Source: an uncultured delta proteobacterium | GTDB lineage: Bacteria; Desulfobacterota; Desulfobacteria; Desulfobacterales; JAHEIW01 | Reading direction: 5' to 3' | DNA length: 64,000 nt | Assembly: GCA_963706575.1 (NCBI GenBank) | Contig: CAVPNL010000005.1 | Location: 96,001-160,000 of the forward strand | Shown: positions 61,461-64,000 of the stretch, piece after piece | How the letters are laid out: every line of letters begins with the position of its first letter | How positions within the stretch are numbered: position 1 is the stretch's first letter | The notes under the pieces: model-generated | The model's input: the letters and a program-made list of their open reading frames with translations, nothing else | Told to the model about the DNA's origin: nothing | Databases searched by the model: none | Position numbers and translations under genes: made by a program

Positions 61461-63332
61461 TCACGAGATCGTTACCTGTGAGCGCAGGAGCCTCAACAGA
61501 TACCGTTGCGCCAGCAGATCGGAGCTGATCACACCCAGGACGGTTCCGTTTTCCACAACCGGCATCGCTGAAATTTGGTTTTGTTCCAGATCGGTTACAA
61601 TATCCAGAATACTGTCGCCAGGGTTTGCCGAAATCACCTTGCGGGTCATAATCTTTTCTACGCTGTCTTCGCCAACGCCCCCGGCAGTGGCGCGGGTGAT
61701 GTCCCAGGTGGTGACGACGCCTGCAAGCTTGCCATCCTGTGAAAGCACGGCGATAATATGGCTCTGGGATTCGACGATCAGTGCAGCGGCTTCCTGCATT
61801 TCCGCTTGGACGTTGACAGTGGGTATCGATTCCATGATGTCTTTGGCCGTGCGTTCTTTTTCTTTTTCGGTGAGACGATGGAGGCTGATGCGTTCTGCGG
61901 CCTGGCAGGGCAGCAACTCCGAATCGGAGGCCAGCAAGTCGACCAGCTCTGTCATGTTGCGTCGAATCGACTTTTCTCTAAACGCCATACCGGCTTCCAG
62001 GCGCCTGGCGGAAATCTCGTTCAATTCGGCAGCATTTTTAGAAAGCCAGTTTTCGACTGACTTGCGTTTGCCGAGTATTTTGGGGGGAATCTGAAGGTGC
62101 GCAGGCGTTGGGATAATGTGTTCCTGGGCAGCAAAAATGACTCCGCCTGAGTTGACCAAATAGTCGTTGGCAATCATCACGCCTTTTTGACGGTAGACTT
62201 CTTGCTCCATGCGGGTGCGCGCTGCCTTGCGGTTGGGATCCGGCGAGTAGGTGTTGGCGCCCTCAATAATCAGTGACCATTTTCCCATGCGGTCCACACT
62301 CATCGAGCAGGCCTCTGTCGGAAGCACCCCCAGGTAATTAAACATGGGGGCTGCCGGTATAAAACAGAAGGCCGACTCTCGCAGCAGGTTGTTGGCATCC
62401 GTCGAAAATTTAGTGGAATGACGATGCCCCTGCGATGCAATCTCATTCTCATAGTATTGACGGGAAACCAAACCCTGCTGCTTTGCCAAAATCAAAAGCT
62501 TGTCGATTGATAAACCGGTCCTGTCGTAAAGGTACCCCTGGAGATCATTGACTCCGATGACGTTTGCCGCTGGAAATTTTTCGAGCAGCAGCCGGGCGGC
62601 ATGTGCGCCGACCGCCCCGAAGCCCTGGATAATAACGCTAAGCTCCTCAGGGGAAGGCATTTCTAATTGGCCGAACTGAGGCAGGACCGTAAGACGCGGC
62701 ATTATTTCCAGCAGTCTCTCAAGGGCAATGATCAAACCACCGGCGGCGGCCCCTAACTCGTCGATGCGGTTGCCGCCCATATCGGCGGGCTTGGATACGG
62801 CACTGTCGATACCATTTTCTATGGAAATGGTTTTCATGTCGGCGTCATTGGTGCCGACATCCGGACCGGGCACATAGATGTCCCGGTAACGCCGAAGCAG
62901 GCGTGCAAATCTCCTGACCAGCTCGGTGCGTTCCTGCGGTGGCATGTCAGGCTCGGCCACAATGCCTGATTTACCACCGCCGTAAGGCAGGCCGGCCGCC
63001 GCGTTTTTAAGCGTCATGCCGCGGGCCAGATTGTGAACCCCAGCCGGGGTGATGTCGGGAAGCATGCGGATTCCTCCCATGGACGGGCTTCCCATGGCCA
63101 GATTATCCACCACCAAAAAGCCCCCGACTTCCAGGGAGGAGGCCTCATCCCACATACAGGCAACCAGTCTGGGGCCAAGGCGGTCGCAATTGATCCCGAT
63201 GCGGGAAAGAAGATATTCGTCAATATAGCCCAGCTCCAGAAAACACCTCCCATTTTCCCGCTGGGTGCGGTTTTCAATGGCGGTTTCCGGGATATGCGCC
63301 ATCAGGTATGCTTCCAAATTTTTGGGGATCAT
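61461..63332 (-). CDS. Glu/Leu/Phe/Val dehydrogenase family protein with C-terminal CBS pair
   Basis: GGIRM, MTLKNA..GLPYGGGK, PGPDVGT, QGFGAVG, EGAN, DYLVNSGGV; then two CBS repeats. Confidence 0.88.
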   Translation of the reverse strand: MIPKNLEAYLMAHIPETAIENRTQRENGRCFLELGYIDEYLLSRIGINCDRLGPRLVACMWDEASSLEVGGFLVVDNLAMGSPSMGGIRMLPDITPAGVHNLARGMTLKNAAAGLPYGGGKSGIVAEPDMPPQERTELVRRFARLLRRYRDIYVPGPDVGTNDADMKTISIENGIDSAVSKPADMGGNRIDELGAAAGGLIIALERLLEIMPRLTVLPQFGQLEMPSPEELSVIIQGFGAVGAHAARLLLEKFPAANVIGVNDLQGYLYDRTGLSIDKLLILAKQQGLVSRQYYENEIASQGHRHSTKFSTDANNLLRESAFCFIPAAPMFNYLGVLPTEACSMSVDRMGKWSLIIEGANTYSPDPNRKAARTRMEQEVYRQKGVMIANDYLVNSGGVIFAAQEHIIPTPAHLQIPPKILGKRKSVENWLSKNAAELNEISARRLEAGMAFREKSIRRNMTELVDLLASDSELLPCQAAERISLHRLTEKEKERTAKDIMESIPTVNVQAEMQEAAALIVESQSHIIAVLSQDGKLAGVVTTWDITRATAGGVGEDSVEKIMTRKVISANPGDSILDIVTDLEQNQISAMPVVENGTVLGVISSDLLAQRYLLRLLRSQVTIS

Positions 63333-63491
63333 GGATTCATTGCTCCTTCTTTTTAAAACCAGTGTCCGGTCTGATGCCGATTGTCTGAATCATTTCACAG
63401 GTGTCAAGGGTTTGGCAACCGACATCTGCAATCAAACAGAATTATTGCCAAGATCTTCAATTCGGGTATAAATTGCAAACAGCTATAATGA

Positions 63492-63508
63492 AGCAACAGA
63501 CGTGCCAA
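63492..63508 (-). promoter_or_regulatory. Sigma-54 (-24/-12) promoter D
   Basis: Minus strand TTGGCACGTCTGTTGCT, a full consensus match. Confidence 0.88.
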
Positions 63509-63519
63509 TTATATAATAT

Positions 63520-63709
63520 GAACCCATCTCAAAAATAGGATTTTGATTCAAGATTGCGGCGGGGCCGAGCTTTCCAGCGTTGCTGGACTTCCCGCCTGAT
63601 TAAATCCTCTTTGTGGGTCGTAAACCGGAGGCATACTGTTGTATGTTGAGGGTTTAAAGCCAGGCTCCAACAAAGATATTGGGCCAAAAGACATTTTTGA
63701 GACGGGTTC
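63520..63709. mobile_element. 190-bp MITE-like element
   Basis: Terminal inverted repeats GAACCCATCTCAAAAAT / ATTTTTGAGACGGGTTC (16 of 17 match), AT-rich flanks, no transposase. Confidence 0.8.
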
Positions 63710-63850
63710 ATATTGAATTATAGTGAAATATAGACTTATCGGATGCCGTCCGAAAGATTTTTCGGACTAAATCCGTATTCGGAGGCTGCAAAGAAGCCTT
63801 TGAAATCGTATCCTTTTTCTAACCTTTTGAATAAATACGATTTATTGTTG

Positions 63851-63896
63851 AGAAGAAGAAGTTCCTTTTTCATACTAAATCGGAACTCGCGGTTCT
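63851..63896. promoter_or_regulatory. Pair of RGAA-N7-TTCY sites 31 bp apart (63851, 63882)
   Basis: AGAAgaagaagTTCC and GGAActcgcggTTCT. Confidence 0.7.
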
Positions 63897-64000
63897 TATA
63901 GAATTGTCGAGTTTGCGTACATCTTCGAGTCATTCATCCAGTACCGGCAACGTAAAGCAGTGGTGTTCGACTATGTATTGCAATTGTAATCAGAATTTGC

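Noticed and set aside
63529..63711. 60-aa ORF inside the MITE as a transposase
   Set aside because: Too short and lacks DDE or HUH motifs.

Overview
A gene-dense bacterial chromosomal window. Gene content and intergenic repeat style suggest a Desulfobacterales-like deltaproteobacterium (inference). It contains no rRNA, tRNA, CRISPR array, transposase or phage genes. Several genes are broken by single-base frameshifts, most likely assembly indels. The left half is rich in membrane and ion-homeostasis genes (CNNM, SLC12-like cotransporter, MscS, Kup, CorA, RCK K+ channel, ABC/HlyD exporter). The main finding is a local sigma-54 regulon readable directly from the DNA. Four -24/-12 promoters share one architecture: an IHF-like box 8 bp from the -24 GG and palindromic RGAA-N7-TTCY sites about 56, 153-159 and 184-190 bp away. 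They surround an orphan NtrC-family activator with a degenerate receiver domain. Its apparent targets are two pairs of small paralogous beta-rich proteins (one pair leading into dksA and HU), a CBS-fused Glu/Leu/Phe/Val dehydrogenase whose promoter is split by a MITE, and a ptsP-led cluster. That cluster encodes a PLP enzyme, a DUF1611 protein, a QueC/MurL-like PP-loop ATPase fused to a creatininase-family amidohydrolase, and an enolase-family epimerase. A repeat present in two copies whose core is inverted between them (possible inverton) lies directly upstream of the activator gene.
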